A stretch of DNA of 64,000 nt, filler included, from Sphacelaria rigidula (lineage: Eukaryota): assembly GCA_964200075.2 (NCBI GenBank). It is 4 parts of 4 records of this genome, joined end to end, with 100 filler letters (N's around TTAATTAATTAA, not from the genome) between each part and the next. Parts side by side here need not be neighbours in the genome. Positions count along the whole stretch, not along the records: positions 48,309 to 64,000 come from CAXNAA020001643.1; 3 more parts are not named here. The stretch is one strand, 5' to 3'. The position numbers were made by a program, and so were the translations under genes. Below are positions 63,877 through 64,000 of this stretch, one piece after another; position 1 is the stretch's first letter; every line of letters starts with the position of its first letter. The notes beneath the pieces are model-generated. The model did not search any database. It was not told where the DNA came from and worked only from the letters and a program-made list of their open reading frames with translations.

Positions 63877-64000
63877 CTGCATGCAACCAGGGAAGTAGCC
63901 GAGGGGGCGGGGGGGGGGGGGGGGGGGGGGGGGGGGTTGGCGGGCGGCGTGGGAGTGGGGCCAGGCGGGGGGGAGAAATAAGGGGGGGGAGTGTCGTGAG

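Noticed and set aside
1-64000. Endogenous giant-virus (phaeovirus) segment or bacterial contamination
   Set aside because: No dense intronless gene arrays or viral/bacterial hallmark genes were seen

Overview
This is repeat-rich, intron-rich eukaryotic DNA, most consistent with a stramenopile and probably a brown alga (inferred from gene structure and TE types, not proven). The window is NOT one locus. Three identical 100-bp spacers (44N-TTAATTAATTAA-44N) split it into four unrelated ~16-kb contigs in descending size order. Contig 1 (1-16005) holds 16 phase-consistent minus-strand exons of a myotubularin phosphoinositide phosphatase with a variant active site (VHCSHGWDRT), a truncated Copia element upstream, a tRNA-derived SINE and a tyrosine-recombinase relic. 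Contig 2 (16106-32108) is a nest of non-autonomous, gag-only Gypsy-type LTR elements (two complete copies with 4-bp TSDs) plus chromovirus fragments. Contig 3 (32209-48208) is a degenerate DIRS/Ngaro-type tyrosine-recombinase retrotransposon carrying a 41-aa-repeat ORF, with a complete chromoviral Gypsy element inserted right beside its RT YxDD motif. Contig 4 (48309-64000) holds the first six exons of importin beta-1, intronic SINEs and piggyBac-like MITEs, and one exon of an unknown membrane protein. The most novel-looking signal is that all three complete LTR elements, from two families with different LTR sequences, carry a self-complementary 12-16 nt palindrome instead of a tRNA primer-binding site next to the 5' LTR. 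They also share an identical non-purine PPT-position 12-mer. Together these suggest a tRNA-independent priming mechanism.
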